From a virus (lineage: Duplodnaviria; Caudoviricetes): a stretch of 42,686 nucleotides of DNA. Both the position numbers and the translations under genes were made by a program. Below are positions 19,311 to 27,657 of the stretch, piece after piece. The stretch spans positions 1 through 42,686 of the IMG/VR virus record IMGVR_UViG_3300043443_000105. One strand, written 5' to 3'. The notes below the pieces were generated by a model that had not been told where the DNA came from, did no database searches, and saw nothing but the letters and a program-made list of their open reading frames with translations. Position 1 is the stretch's first letter, and each line of letters opens with the position of its first letter.

Positions 19311-19702
19311 TACACAATCCTTCCTTTAGTCTTACCCCGCTGGGCTATGCCATCAGCACGGGATGATGCACTTACTTTACCGCCAGCTTTTAATTTAGGC
19401 TTTGGCATATTACTACCCATCATGCCTTTTTCAAGCTCAATTTTTGCCCCAGCTGCGCCACTAGGTTTAGGTAATCTACCCATATCTTGAAGTCTTTCGG
19501 TATAGGTACGTGGGCGCGTAGCTTCAGCATTTGTTTTTTGCTCTCCTGCTATTTTGCTTATTTCATCCCTAGCCTTTTGAGCCTTCTCAGCTTTCTCTAG
19601 AATTTCGTCAAACTTTCCAGGACCGTGCTTAGGCTTAGCTGGATACTTCTCCTGCCCGTCACCGCCAGTCTTTTTAGAAGGGTCTACAGGTTCAATTGGC
19701 AT
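19310..19702 (-). CDS. small basic protein with GG tag and RADGxAxRGKTKG tail
   Basis: LKAGGKVSASSRADGIAQRGKTKGRIV. Confidence 0.7.
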   Translation of the reverse strand: MPIEPVDPSKKTGGDGQEKYPAKPKHGPGKFDEILEKAEKAQKARDEISKIAGEQKTNAEATRPRTYTERLQDMGRLPKPSGAAGAKIELEKGMMGSNMPKPKLKAGGKVSASSRADGIAQRGKTKGRIV

Positions 19703-19897
19703 TTAGCAAGCCTTACCGCCGCCCATCATCTTAATCATTGTGCCCTTGGTTTTACCCTTAGTAGCACAACCGTCTGCACGGGCAGACGCAGTACCGCCTT
19801 TAGCCATCTTGTGCATACGCTTCTCATGGCTTTTAACAGCCTCGCCAGCGACTTTTTTCATCATTGGCATGTCTTTTGCAATATCTGAATGTTTCAT
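19703..19897 (-). CDS. small basic protein with GG tag and RADGxAxKGKTKG tail
   Basis: MAKGGTASARADGCATKGKTKG. Confidence 0.7.
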   Translation of the reverse strand: MKHSDIAKDMPMMKKVAGEAVKSHEKRMHKMAKGGTASARADGCATKGKTKGTMIKMMGGGKAC

Positions 19898-19898
19898 A

Positions 19899-20084
19899 TT
19901 AGCAAGCCTTTCCGCTTTTCTTTTTAGCCATACCGCCGCTCATCATTTTCTTTGCAGCTTTTTTAGCCACGCCACCTTTTTTCATACCAGCTTCAGCCAT
20001 TTCATGCTTAATCATGGACTTAGGAGCGCCCTTTTTCTTCATAAAGCCAATTTCTTTTTTAACCATCATTTTGGACTCTTTCAT
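19899..20084 (-). CDS. small Lys/Met-rich protein with GG tags
   Basis: MKKGGVA and MMSGGMA; ends in GKAC like its downstream neighbour. Confidence 0.65.
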   Translation of the reverse strand: MKESKMMVKKEIGFMKKKGAPKSMIKHEMAEAGMKKGGVAKKAAKKMMSGGMAKKKSGKAC

Positions 20085-20332
20085 GCTACTAACCCTTTCT
20101 GAATAAGTTGGTCAATTTTTGCTTCAAGTTTGTTAAAGCGTTGGTCAATATGGACCATAATTTTGTCAATTTCTGCTTGAGTGACGTTATCACGAGCCAC
20201 CTCCTCACGAGTTCTGTTTAATAAAATATTAAGACGAGCTAGTTCCGCAGATTTTTCTCTTGCCCAAAGACCCACGATTACCCCCGCTAAAGATAAAACT
20301 GCGTTCCATAACATTAAAAACTCAGGACTCAT
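20081..20332 (-). CDS. small membrane-anchored coiled-coil protein
   Basis: N-terminal TM segment and C-terminal coiled coil. Confidence 0.65.
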   Translation of the reverse strand: MSPEFLMLWNAVLSLAGVIVGLWAREKSAELARLNILLNRTREEVARDNVTQAEIDKIMVHIDQRFNKLEAKIDQLIQKGLVA

Positions 20333-20649
20333 ACCATCTTCCCTTTAGTTTTGCCACGGACTTCGCAGCCACCACCACGAACAGATCCACCTTCTTTGCA
20401 GTTCCAAGCTCGTAAAGACTTATTGATGCGTGAATCTGGGTCGTTAGCGGTTTTAGCGCTGGTTAGCTTACGCTTCATGCCTTTCATGCGGGCACAGAAC
20501 GAATCACGTCTAGATCCACCTTCTGGCTGAGGACGCTTTAGCCCAGGTTTACCAGGATTGGCAGCGTTATAGGAGGCACGCCCCTTAGCGTTCAAGCCGC
20601 CTTCGGGGTTTTTGCCTTCTTTGCGTTGCCAGGCAGGGGTCTTAGCCAT
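20329..20649 (-). CDS. basic conserved phage protein (DUF6321-like)
   Basis: GGLNAKGRASYN..RRDSFCARMKG..DPDSRINKSLRAWNC with an RGKTKG tail. Family recalled, not searched. Confidence 0.6.
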   Translation of the reverse strand: MAKTPAWQRKEGKNPEGGLNAKGRASYNAANPGKPGLKRPQPEGGSRRDSFCARMKGMKRKLTSAKTANDPDSRINKSLRAWNCKEGGSVRGGGCEVRGKTKGKMV

Positions 20650-20932
20650 AAAACACCGTTACAGGCATATCTGCTGGAGTAGTTGCATAAATACCGCTAT
20701 CGCATCGAATACCTTCGCCAGGTACAAGAATATTGGTAACAGTAGCATCACCAGCAGGGGCTACAAAACTAAAACGAATTGTGCCTCCAGAACCATCTCG
20801 CAGAGTTAAAGTACCACCAGCAGCGGGGATAGCAATGACCATACCTTTAATGCGAGCAGCTCCAGCAAACACCGCAGCGTTTGTCTGTCCAGCAGCTATA
20901 GCCGTTGCTTTAACGTCATATTGCATGCCCAT
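20642..20932 (-). CDS. small beta-rich virion protein
   Basis: 96 aa, RIKG..PGEGIRC..VTVFYG; AGGAGG RBS. Confidence 0.65.
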   Translation of the reverse strand: MGMQYDVKATAIAAGQTNAAVFAGAARIKGMVIAIPAAGGTLTLRDGSGGTIRFSFVAPAGDATVTNILVPGEGIRCDSGIYATTPADMPVTVFYG

Positions 20933-20945
20933 AAGAGCCTCCTAT

Positions 20946-21446
20946 TTAGGCGCTTTGTTGACCAGCGTCGGCTACGTGATAAATGATTCTTCCGCTTACC
21001 ACACCAGCAATTGCATTAGCAGCACCTTGAGTATTAGTAACAACAACTAAGTTAGTTGCGTTAGCTGCATTACCCAAAGAAGCACCGCCGCCTGTACCAC
21101 CAACAGTAAATACTGTACGAGCAGATACGTTACCAGCAGAAACAAAACCAGTAGGAACGTTTGTGCCTAGGGTAGTAGTTTGACCAGGACCAACGCTGAT
21201 TAGTGGGGTAAACCCTACGTTAGCTGTAGCATTACCGCCGCCACCGCTAGAAATAATAACTTCAGTTACTACTGCGTTAGCAGGAAGAATTAAAGCTGAT
21301 CCGCCAGAAACGTTAAGAACGTTTGCGGTTGCTGCAGTATTTGCAATATAGAAGGGGACTGCCATAACCATGGAGCCTGCTTCTGCAGTGCGTGTTTGAT
21401 CTCCACCAGTGGAGCGCCATACGGCTGAGGTAGTTGATGTTGCCAT
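20946..21446 (-). CDS. putative capsid decoration/structural protein
   Basis: Start set to ATG 21446 after an AAGGA RBS; G/A/T/N/V-rich; follows the major capsid gene. Confidence 0.6.
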   Translation of the reverse strand: MATSTTSAVWRSTGGDQTRTAEAGSMVMAVPFYIANTAATANVLNVSGGSALILPANAVVTEVIISSGGGGNATANVGFTPLISVGPGQTTTLGTNVPTGFVSAGNVSARTVFTVGGTGGGASLGNAANATNLVVVTNTQGAANAIAGVVSGRIIYHVADAGQQSA

Positions 21447-21455
21447 TTTAAATTG

Positions 21456-21528
21456 TCCTTCATACAAAGTTCAGCCCATCAATCGTGTATGCGTCCGCTG
21501 GGGCGGTTTGACAGGCGATTCACCCAGA
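21456..21528 (-). ncRNA. putative kissing-loop/pseudoknot cis-regulatory RNA
   Basis: Stems CUGGG/CCCAG and CAUACA/UGUAUG; 9-bp loop-loop pairing GCCUGUCAA/UUGAUGGGC with two G-U pairs that work only on the minus strand; abuts the RBS. Confidence 0.6.
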
Positions 21529-21550
21529 TAAATCAAATCTTACAACAAAT

Positions 21551-21578
21551 AAAACAAAAAGGGGGGATTTCTCCCCCC
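21551..21578 (-). terminator. Rho-independent terminator after the major capsid gene
   Basis: GGGGGGA-GAAA-TCCCCCC followed by TTTTTGTTTT on the minus strand. Confidence 0.9.
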
Positions 21579-21583
21579 GATTT

Positions 21584-22489
21584 TTAGGCTCCTGCGGAAC
21601 CGAACATTCCCAATGGATCCGAGAATCCAAATGAGTAACGCTCACGTGCTTTATAACGTACGTTGCCTGTGTCGAAGTCCCCATCCATAGAATTCTGGAG
21701 TGGTGTACGAACAAAGTGCTTCATACCGTTAGGTACATCAGTGCACAAGAACCATGCATTGGTGTCGGTCAGATAGTGGTTAATTGTGTAACCTTCTGGG
21801 ATCGAACCATTGTTCTTAATTGCATTGATGTCGTTGTCGTTAGTACCAACACGGAGTTCGGTTTCTAGCAAACGAGTTGCAACGAACTGTAGTGCAGGTG
21901 GCACGATCAACTTACGTGGTTTGGAAGCAATCAACAGTCCACGCTCATCAGTCCACAAGCTGATTTGAATAACGGCGGCTTCTAAAGAAGTCTCGTTAAG
22001 GTCAGCAGGGGTTGTTGGGATGTTACTGTTAGTACCGCCAGAAACCAAGGGGTGGCTTGCGCTGAATAAAGGCTGACCATCACCACCAACAGCAGCGGTA
22101 AAGCCAGTATTTAATACAGAAGCAGCACGAACTTGCTTGGTATACGCCATGGAACGAGCTAACGCCTTGGTATAACGACCAGATAGGCTGTCATACAAGT
22201 TGTCCTCAATTGCCTCTTCTGTTAAGGAGAAGCCTTGAGCAATCGTTACGTGGGTATAGCGAGCTGTAAATGCCTCTTGTGCATTGTCATAAGCGATGGC
22301 AGAACCTTCGTTTTTGACTGGTGCAGCTGAGAAGCCAGACAGTTTTACTTCTTCTTCAAAAGAACGCTCAGAGGTTTCTGTTTCATAGATCTCTTTGTGT
22401 TCTTCACCGTAGCGAGCATACTCCAAACCGAACAAAGCGTTCAAGCCTGGGAGGAGCTCTTTTAGTAGTTGGGCACGAGAAATAGCCAT
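21584..22489 (-). CDS. major capsid protein (HK97 fold)
   Basis: MAISRAQLLKELLPGLNALFGLEY..EEAIEDNLY..PRKLIVPPALQF..GDFDTGNVRYKARERYSFG. Lies after the scaffold and is followed by a strong terminator. Confidence 0.88.
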   Translation of the reverse strand: MAISRAQLLKELLPGLNALFGLEYARYGEEHKEIYETETSERSFEEEVKLSGFSAAPVKNEGSAIAYDNAQEAFTARYTHVTIAQGFSLTEEAIEDNLYDSLSGRYTKALARSMAYTKQVRAASVLNTGFTAAVGGDGQPLFSASHPLVSGGTNSNIPTTPADLNETSLEAAVIQISLWTDERGLLIASKPRKLIVPPALQFVATRLLETELRVGTNDNDINAIKNNGSIPEGYTINHYLTDTNAWFLCTDVPNGMKHFVRTPLQNSMDGDFDTGNVRYKARERYSFGFSDPLGMFGSAGA

Positions 22490-22500
22490 TTTTAAGCTCC

Positions 22501-23127
22501 TTAAGCGGCGTAGTCAATACCCGTTGTACGGAGTATTTGTGGGTTGTTCAACTTCACTACTACTTCAGTGAAGGCATTTGTACCAGTAGCAGTTTCTGGA
22601 ACTACGGAAACAGCACGAACTGGCAGCGTAGCTGCGTTACCAAGATTGTCGGTAGGAACAAGAACGCCAAAACCAGAATTACCAGTAGTAGCACTACCTG
22701 TACCTTGGTCAATCGCCATGTTAATACCTACAACGCTTTGGTTAACTGTGGTTACAACGCTGTTTGCAAATACAACAGCTACTTTAAAGGCAGCCATTGG
22801 ATCGTCAACAACATAGGCAATAGCAGAAGAAGCAGCAGCATTACCTGGGTAGTACTGGGCTTGAACTGTTTGACCTTGTGCATTGACGTACTGAACACCA
22901 ACAAATACACCATAGGTGTAGTTAGCAGCGGTAGTTGTAGAGTCGTTTGTAACGCCTGATACTGCAATAGTGCCACCATCAACTAGAGCTACGATATCCC
23001 CGTTATAAATTGGAGTGTTATAAGTACTCGCAATTGGCAATTGACGGGTTGCACCAGCGTAGGGTTTGCCATCTACGCTGTTGATCGGAACTAAGCCGTA
23101 TGGAGCTGTTACGCTTGGATAAGCCAT
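22501..23127 (-). CDS. capsid-associated (cement/decoration) protein
   Basis: 208 aa between scaffold and major capsid genes; APYGLVP..IYNGDIV..AYVVDDP. Confidence 0.6.
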   Translation of the reverse strand: MAYPSVTAPYGLVPINSVDGKPYAGATRQLPIASTYNTPIYNGDIVALVDGGTIAVSGVTNDSTTTAANYTYGVFVGVQYVNAQGQTVQAQYYPGNAAASSAIAYVVDDPMAAFKVAVVFANSVVTTVNQSVVGINMAIDQGTGSATTGNSGFGVLVPTDNLGNAATLPVRAVSVVPETATGTNAFTEVVVKLNNPQILRTTGIDYAA

Positions 23128-23148
23128 AATAAATCTCCTAAATTAAAA

Positions 23149-23601
23149 TTAACCACCTTTTCCAAAAGAACCCGTCGTAACTTTCCCTTCATTGAAGAGA
23201 GGCATCCGAGGATCATTCTGGCGCATAAGAGTGTTCTCTACAGCTTTCATTTGGGCATCAGCTTGGTCAGAGTAATGTTTATTACGCTGAGCAACGAACT
23301 CAAGTGGAGTCTTGCAAAGTAACAATCCACCAATCTCAATATTGTCTTTATATCGACTATTGGGATCAGCTAGCAGTTGTAATTTGGGTTGTTCCTCAAT
23401 CCTTACTGGTTCCCAACCTTCTCTCAATTTAGCTGAAAGATTGCGGGGGTCCGAATTGTTAAGGGTTGAAACACGAATCCAACGGTACGCATAACCATCC
23501 TGTTTGTCAGGTTCTGGTAATAGCTCTGGCTGTTGCCACTGCTTAGGGCGTTCAACCAATTCCCGGGTATCAATACTTCTATCTAATCTATTTGTAGCCA
23601 T
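23149..23601 (-). CDS. conserved head-module protein
   Basis: GYAYRWIRVS..KLREGWEPVR..GGLLLCK; GGAGG RBS. Confidence 0.65.
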   Translation of the reverse strand: MATNRLDRSIDTRELVERPKQWQQPELLPEPDKQDGYAYRWIRVSTLNNSDPRNLSAKLREGWEPVRIEEQPKLQLLADPNSRYKDNIEIGGLLLCKTPLEFVAQRNKHYSDQADAQMKAVENTLMRQNDPRMPLFNEGKVTTGSFGKGG

Positions 23602-23602
23602 G

Positions 23603-24604
23603 TCAGGCCTCCAATTTCATAAGTTCACGGACATATTGCTCAGGGGTAAGACCAAGTTTCTTTGCTATCGCAACTTGCGACTGCTTTAACCTAATCTTTT
23701 TCGGTGCGGTCGACCGAGTTGCCGGAGCTACAACCGTTGCTGGCTTAGCTTTTGGCGTGTCTGCCTTTTGCGCTGCCTCTTCTACTTCTACTTCTGGCGG
23801 TTCGATGTCTTCATCGAAGCTTTCAGGGAACCGCTTGCGCATTGTTTTGTCTAACGTTGCGTAATATTCGTCAGAACCAATCTGCATCCCTTGGCGTTTT
23901 AGCTTCTCATGGAGTCCCAGAGCCGCTGCCGTCATCTCTTCGTCCTGTCCGAACCAAGTATTACGGTTTTGCCAATCCACCAACTTTTTGTCTTGTTGGG
24001 GCGCATTTTGATACTGTTGACTCGTTTGTACATCAAATTTATCTTCTTGTAAAGGGGGAAGTTTAAAGTTTTTTGCACTTTCGAGTTGAATTTGAGCTTT
24101 TGTTAGCGCCGCTTGCGCTTCCATGAGTTTTTCTGAATCGCCAGCATCATATGCTTCTTTATAAGCACGTTTAGCCATTTCATACTGAACTTCTGACGTA
24201 GTAGTAACTGCGGCTTTGTACTCTGCTTCACCTTTGGTAAGCATTTCCTTAATCCGTTTGTTTTCCTCCATCAAACGCTGGGCAGCATCAATAGCTGCTT
24301 GTTGCTCCCGCTGGGCAGCATCCGCACGACGACGCTCATCGTTCCAGACACGCTTCATCTTAATAAGCTTGTCCTTTGCTTCTTTACTGTATTTGTCTAA
24401 GTCGTCAACTTCAACCTCTAGTTTCTTGACTTGCTCAGGATCAGCAGGTTTTCTACCTTGATCTTCAACAGGAGTATCGTCTTCAATTACGACTTCAATA
24501 TCATCGTCTAAGGGTTTACCCTGAATTTCTTCCGTATCTACGGGTTTACCCTGATCTTCTGCCTCATCAGGGAATTTAAATACTTCTTTTTCCATTTCAG
24601 CCAT
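23603..24604 (-). CDS. capsid scaffolding protein
   Basis: Acidic N-terminus, long coiled coil and C-terminal AIAKKLGLTPEQY. Lies between portal and major capsid genes. Confidence 0.75.
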   Translation of the reverse strand: MAEMEKEVFKFPDEAEDQGKPVDTEEIQGKPLDDDIEVVIEDDTPVEDQGRKPADPEQVKKLEVEVDDLDKYSKEAKDKLIKMKRVWNDERRRADAAQREQQAAIDAAQRLMEENKRIKEMLTKGEAEYKAAVTTTSEVQYEMAKRAYKEAYDAGDSEKLMEAQAALTKAQIQLESAKNFKLPPLQEDKFDVQTSQQYQNAPQQDKKLVDWQNRNTWFGQDEEMTAAALGLHEKLKRQGMQIGSDEYYATLDKTMRKRFPESFDEDIEPPEVEVEEAAQKADTPKAKPATVVAPATRSTAPKKIRLKQSQVAIAKKLGLTPEQYVRELMKLEA

Positions 24605-24615
24605 GTCCAGCCTCC

Positions 24616-25026
24616 TTAGATAAATTTACGCTTGATGCCCCGTGGGTCTTGTACTACAGCTTCCACAGAATCATCGTTAATCAAACGGAACTCACGGTCG
24701 TGAATTACCAATCTAGTACCTGCATTTGGTCTAACCAAAACAAAATCACCTTCTTTACACCATGCTCCATTTGGGAAACGGACAGGATCTTTATAGCAAT
24801 CTGCCCCCATCTTCACTACAAATAGCACTGTAGATAAGAGTTCATCATGCCGACGGGTTTCATCTGATTTGAGAATCCCACTATCAAAGGCTTCTTCTGC
24901 TTCTGGTATTGCACATAGTATGCGGTAGCCTCTAGGTTCAGGCAGTTGTTGTGCCCGCTCCTCAGCTGTTTTCTGCATCACAGCAGCTAAGTCTACTGCC
25001 CGTGATAAATCCAAAGTTTCACTCAT
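24616..25026 (-). CDS. groES: GroES-like co-chaperonin
   Basis: PRGYRIL..SGIL..VVKMG..KEGDFVLV..GTRLVI..FRLINDDSVEAVV matches the Cpn10 pattern. Confidence 0.8.
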   Translation of the reverse strand: MSETLDLSRAVDLAAVMQKTAEERAQQLPEPRGYRILCAIPEAEEAFDSGILKSDETRRHDELLSTVLFVVKMGADCYKDPVRFPNGAWCKEGDFVLVRPNAGTRLVIHDREFRLINDDSVEAVVQDPRGIKRKFI

Positions 25027-25210
25027 CGTCCGAGTTCTCCAATTTACGTTTTAGGTCTAATATTTCCTGCTTTGCGAAGAGCAGACCCTTAATCTCACCA
25101 CAAACTCTTTGGTATTCAGAATAGTCTTTAGCTTGTCCGCTGCCTATCCAATCCTGTTTACTTGTTATTTCTTTGTCTAGCATGTCCACTAGAACATCAG
25201 AAGCATCCAT
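25019..25210 (-). CDS. small conserved protein after the portal gene
   Basis: 63 aa, DYSEYQRVCGEIKGL; coupled to the portal stop. Confidence 0.7.
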   Translation of the reverse strand: MDASDVLVDMLDKEITSKQDWIGSGQAKDYSEYQRVCGEIKGLLFAKQEILDLKRKLENSDDE

Positions 25211-27648
25211 TACTGTCCTTTCCCACTAGATTTATTAGGTTTCATAACGTCTAACACTTCCTTCATTACTAACTTCTCACGCTCGTCACGCATTTCTGCG
25301 GCTACTTTTAACATCTCATTCTTAGTCTGAGACTCGATCCGCTTGTTCTCAGTAGCAATCTGAGCAGCCTTGAGCTGGGCATCAGCCATGTCTTTCTGTG
25401 CCTTGCGTTGCTGATCTGCTTCCTTGATAGCCACTTCACGCTGCTGTAACTGGAGCATCGGATCTTGAGCTTGCTGCATAGCTTGCTGTTGTGCAGCTTG
25501 TGCCTGGTTCTGTTGTAGAACTTGCTGGGCTGCTTGTGCAAGTAGTGGTGCCAACTTAGATTCAAGAGCTGGGTCCATCGGATTCTCTTCGCCCGACTCA
25601 TCGTACTGAGCAGGTAACTGAATACCAAGACGCTTCTCAATCTCAATCCGATACTGCATACCCAAGTGCTCAGCAATATGCGCCTGCATGGCAGCCTGCA
25701 TCTGTGGTGCCTGTGGGTTGTTCTGCAATAACTGAATAATCATCGGATCCTGTATAGCAGCTGTGTGTACTTGAATATGTGCTTTGTGATCCTGATATGA
25801 AAACGCCTTGGTAGGTTTAAGCATCAGTACATCTTGGTTCTCTGTAACTGGATCCTTGGGTCTCATATCCTCTGGTAGAGGTACAAGCTTCTGCGCATCC
25901 TTAATACTGAGTACGTCTAGCATCTGACGATACAACAATGGCATATTAAATAAGTTTGGTGACTGTGCTGCAAGCTGCATTACTGCTTGGTATTGAACAA
26001 TCTTCTGTGCCATTGTTGAAGCGTTAGGATCACTAACAGGGATGACGTCCACATCATCGTAGTCAGACTTCTTAGCAAATCTGGATCCTTCATCTGGCTC
26101 ATAGCTGTACTCCTCTGGTGTGTATTCAGCAATAATCTTCTTCAGTAACTTCAACTCTTGCTTTAAGCTGTAGTGAATGCGAGCTTGTACAGCAGACATC
26201 ACTTTGAGCGTACGCTCTAGGATAGCTAGCGTAGTACCTACTGGTGCTTGTGAAGACATGTCACTGATCTGTAGATCAGCAGTATTTGCAAAGCGACGAC
26301 CTTCTTCCACAATTTGATTGAGCAACGTCATTAATACTTGGCTTGGCTCTTTGTATGGAAGAGGCAGGATGTTGTCACGCATCGTGCCACTAGGTACGTC
26401 TACATCACGGAACTCTCCCGGTGCTATCGGGGTGTCATCGCCCCTAATTCGCAAGCCACGGGCCTTAAAGCCGCCTGGCAGGTTGCTAAGGGTTCCAGCA
26501 TCCACGAGCTGCCGAATAAGACTAGTACCAGACTTAGCAAAAGCACCGATAAGGTGAATAAGCCCAAAGTAATAAAAGCCAAAGCCCGGAACGTATCCAT
26601 AATGGACAAAATGTTGACGCTTTTGACAAGTTTCATCATTCGGGTCCCAATTACGTCTAATAGATAGAACATTTTGTGTACCTTTCTCGATAGTGACTAC
26701 GTAAGGTAGTGCAATACCGGTGGGTTTACCGTCTTCGTCCTTGTGCTCGTACCCAGGAATATCTAAGTTGACGTGCATCTCAAGGAGTTTGTAGCGGTCA
26801 TCTGTTGTTGCTCTAAAGCCAAGCTTCTCGGCAATCTTCTTCTCTACTTCGTCCATTACATTGACAGGATCACCTAAGTCAATGTCACGATAGAAACCTG
26901 ATACTTGTAGCTTGCGTAACTCGTTCTCATTCTTGCGCATGACGTGTGTAACACGCTCAGCAGCTTCAAGTGACGGTGCGCCGTAGGGCACGACCATATC
27001 TTCTGCTGGTACAAACATAGCCACTTGACGCTCTAAGTTAGGGTCAAAGTACACTTTCTTAAACGCATTACCAGCTAGACCCAAGCCCCAGAGCATACGC
27101 TCTGTCTCAGGACGATACTCAGGCATCATCTCGGTCAACTGATAGTTCATGTCCTCACGTACACGCTCAGACGCATCTTTCTTCTCAGGTGTCTCTTTAC
27201 CAACGACCAATGTTTTTACAGGACCTGCAGCGGGGAAGATAGACATCATGGTCTCTGCCTGGAACTTAACTAGCGCCTCAGAAAGTAAGGGGTGGTATAC
27301 ACCGCATGCGCCTTCCCAAGGTTCAGAGCGCTCTTCAATCTTCAAACCAAGTAACTCAAGACCATCTACATAAGTCTGTATCCAATCTTTGCGAGCACCA
27401 ATGTCAGAATCAAAGTCAGCAACCAAATCACCACAAATTTCTGTAAGGGTGCCTTCATCAATGTACTCTGCTAAGTTAGCATTGAAGTCATCCTCGGACT
27501 CTTTTTCTGGCTCAATCTGTATTTCTAAGCCATCTATGCCAATAGTGACTGACTCAGGATCCTCAATCTCGATCTCTATCGGACTCTCCATCGCAGCTGC
27601 TTCTTCTATGCCTACTGGAGCTTGATACAGTGCCTTATCTATTGCCAT
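25210..27648 (-). CDS. portal protein (P22-like, long C-terminal coiled-coil barrel)
   Basis: 812 aa following terL; GNAFKKVYFD, PGFGFYYFGL and a Q-rich helical C-terminus. Confidence 0.85.
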   Translation of the reverse strand: MAIDKALYQAPVGIEEAAAMESPIEIEIEDPESVTIGIDGLEIQIEPEKESEDDFNANLAEYIDEGTLTEICGDLVADFDSDIGARKDWIQTYVDGLELLGLKIEERSEPWEGACGVYHPLLSEALVKFQAETMMSIFPAAGPVKTLVVGKETPEKKDASERVREDMNYQLTEMMPEYRPETERMLWGLGLAGNAFKKVYFDPNLERQVAMFVPAEDMVVPYGAPSLEAAERVTHVMRKNENELRKLQVSGFYRDIDLGDPVNVMDEVEKKIAEKLGFRATTDDRYKLLEMHVNLDIPGYEHKDEDGKPTGIALPYVVTIEKGTQNVLSIRRNWDPNDETCQKRQHFVHYGYVPGFGFYYFGLIHLIGAFAKSGTSLIRQLVDAGTLSNLPGGFKARGLRIRGDDTPIAPGEFRDVDVPSGTMRDNILPLPYKEPSQVLMTLLNQIVEEGRRFANTADLQISDMSSQAPVGTTLAILERTLKVMSAVQARIHYSLKQELKLLKKIIAEYTPEEYSYEPDEGSRFAKKSDYDDVDVIPVSDPNASTMAQKIVQYQAVMQLAAQSPNLFNMPLLYRQMLDVLSIKDAQKLVPLPEDMRPKDPVTENQDVLMLKPTKAFSYQDHKAHIQVHTAAIQDPMIIQLLQNNPQAPQMQAAMQAHIAEHLGMQYRIEIEKRLGIQLPAQYDESGEENPMDPALESKLAPLLAQAAQQVLQQNQAQAAQQQAMQQAQDPMLQLQQREVAIKEADQQRKAQKDMADAQLKAAQIATENKRIESQTKNEMLKVAAEMRDEREKLVMKEVLDVMKPNKSSGKGQ

Positions 27649-27657
27649 AATGTGTCC

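Noticed and set aside
23849-23858. GTCTAACGTT partial palindrome in the scaffold gene, plus half-sites near 4985 and 31244 and a 3-mismatch site at 39201
   Set aside because: Too degenerate to separate from chance, so not counted.
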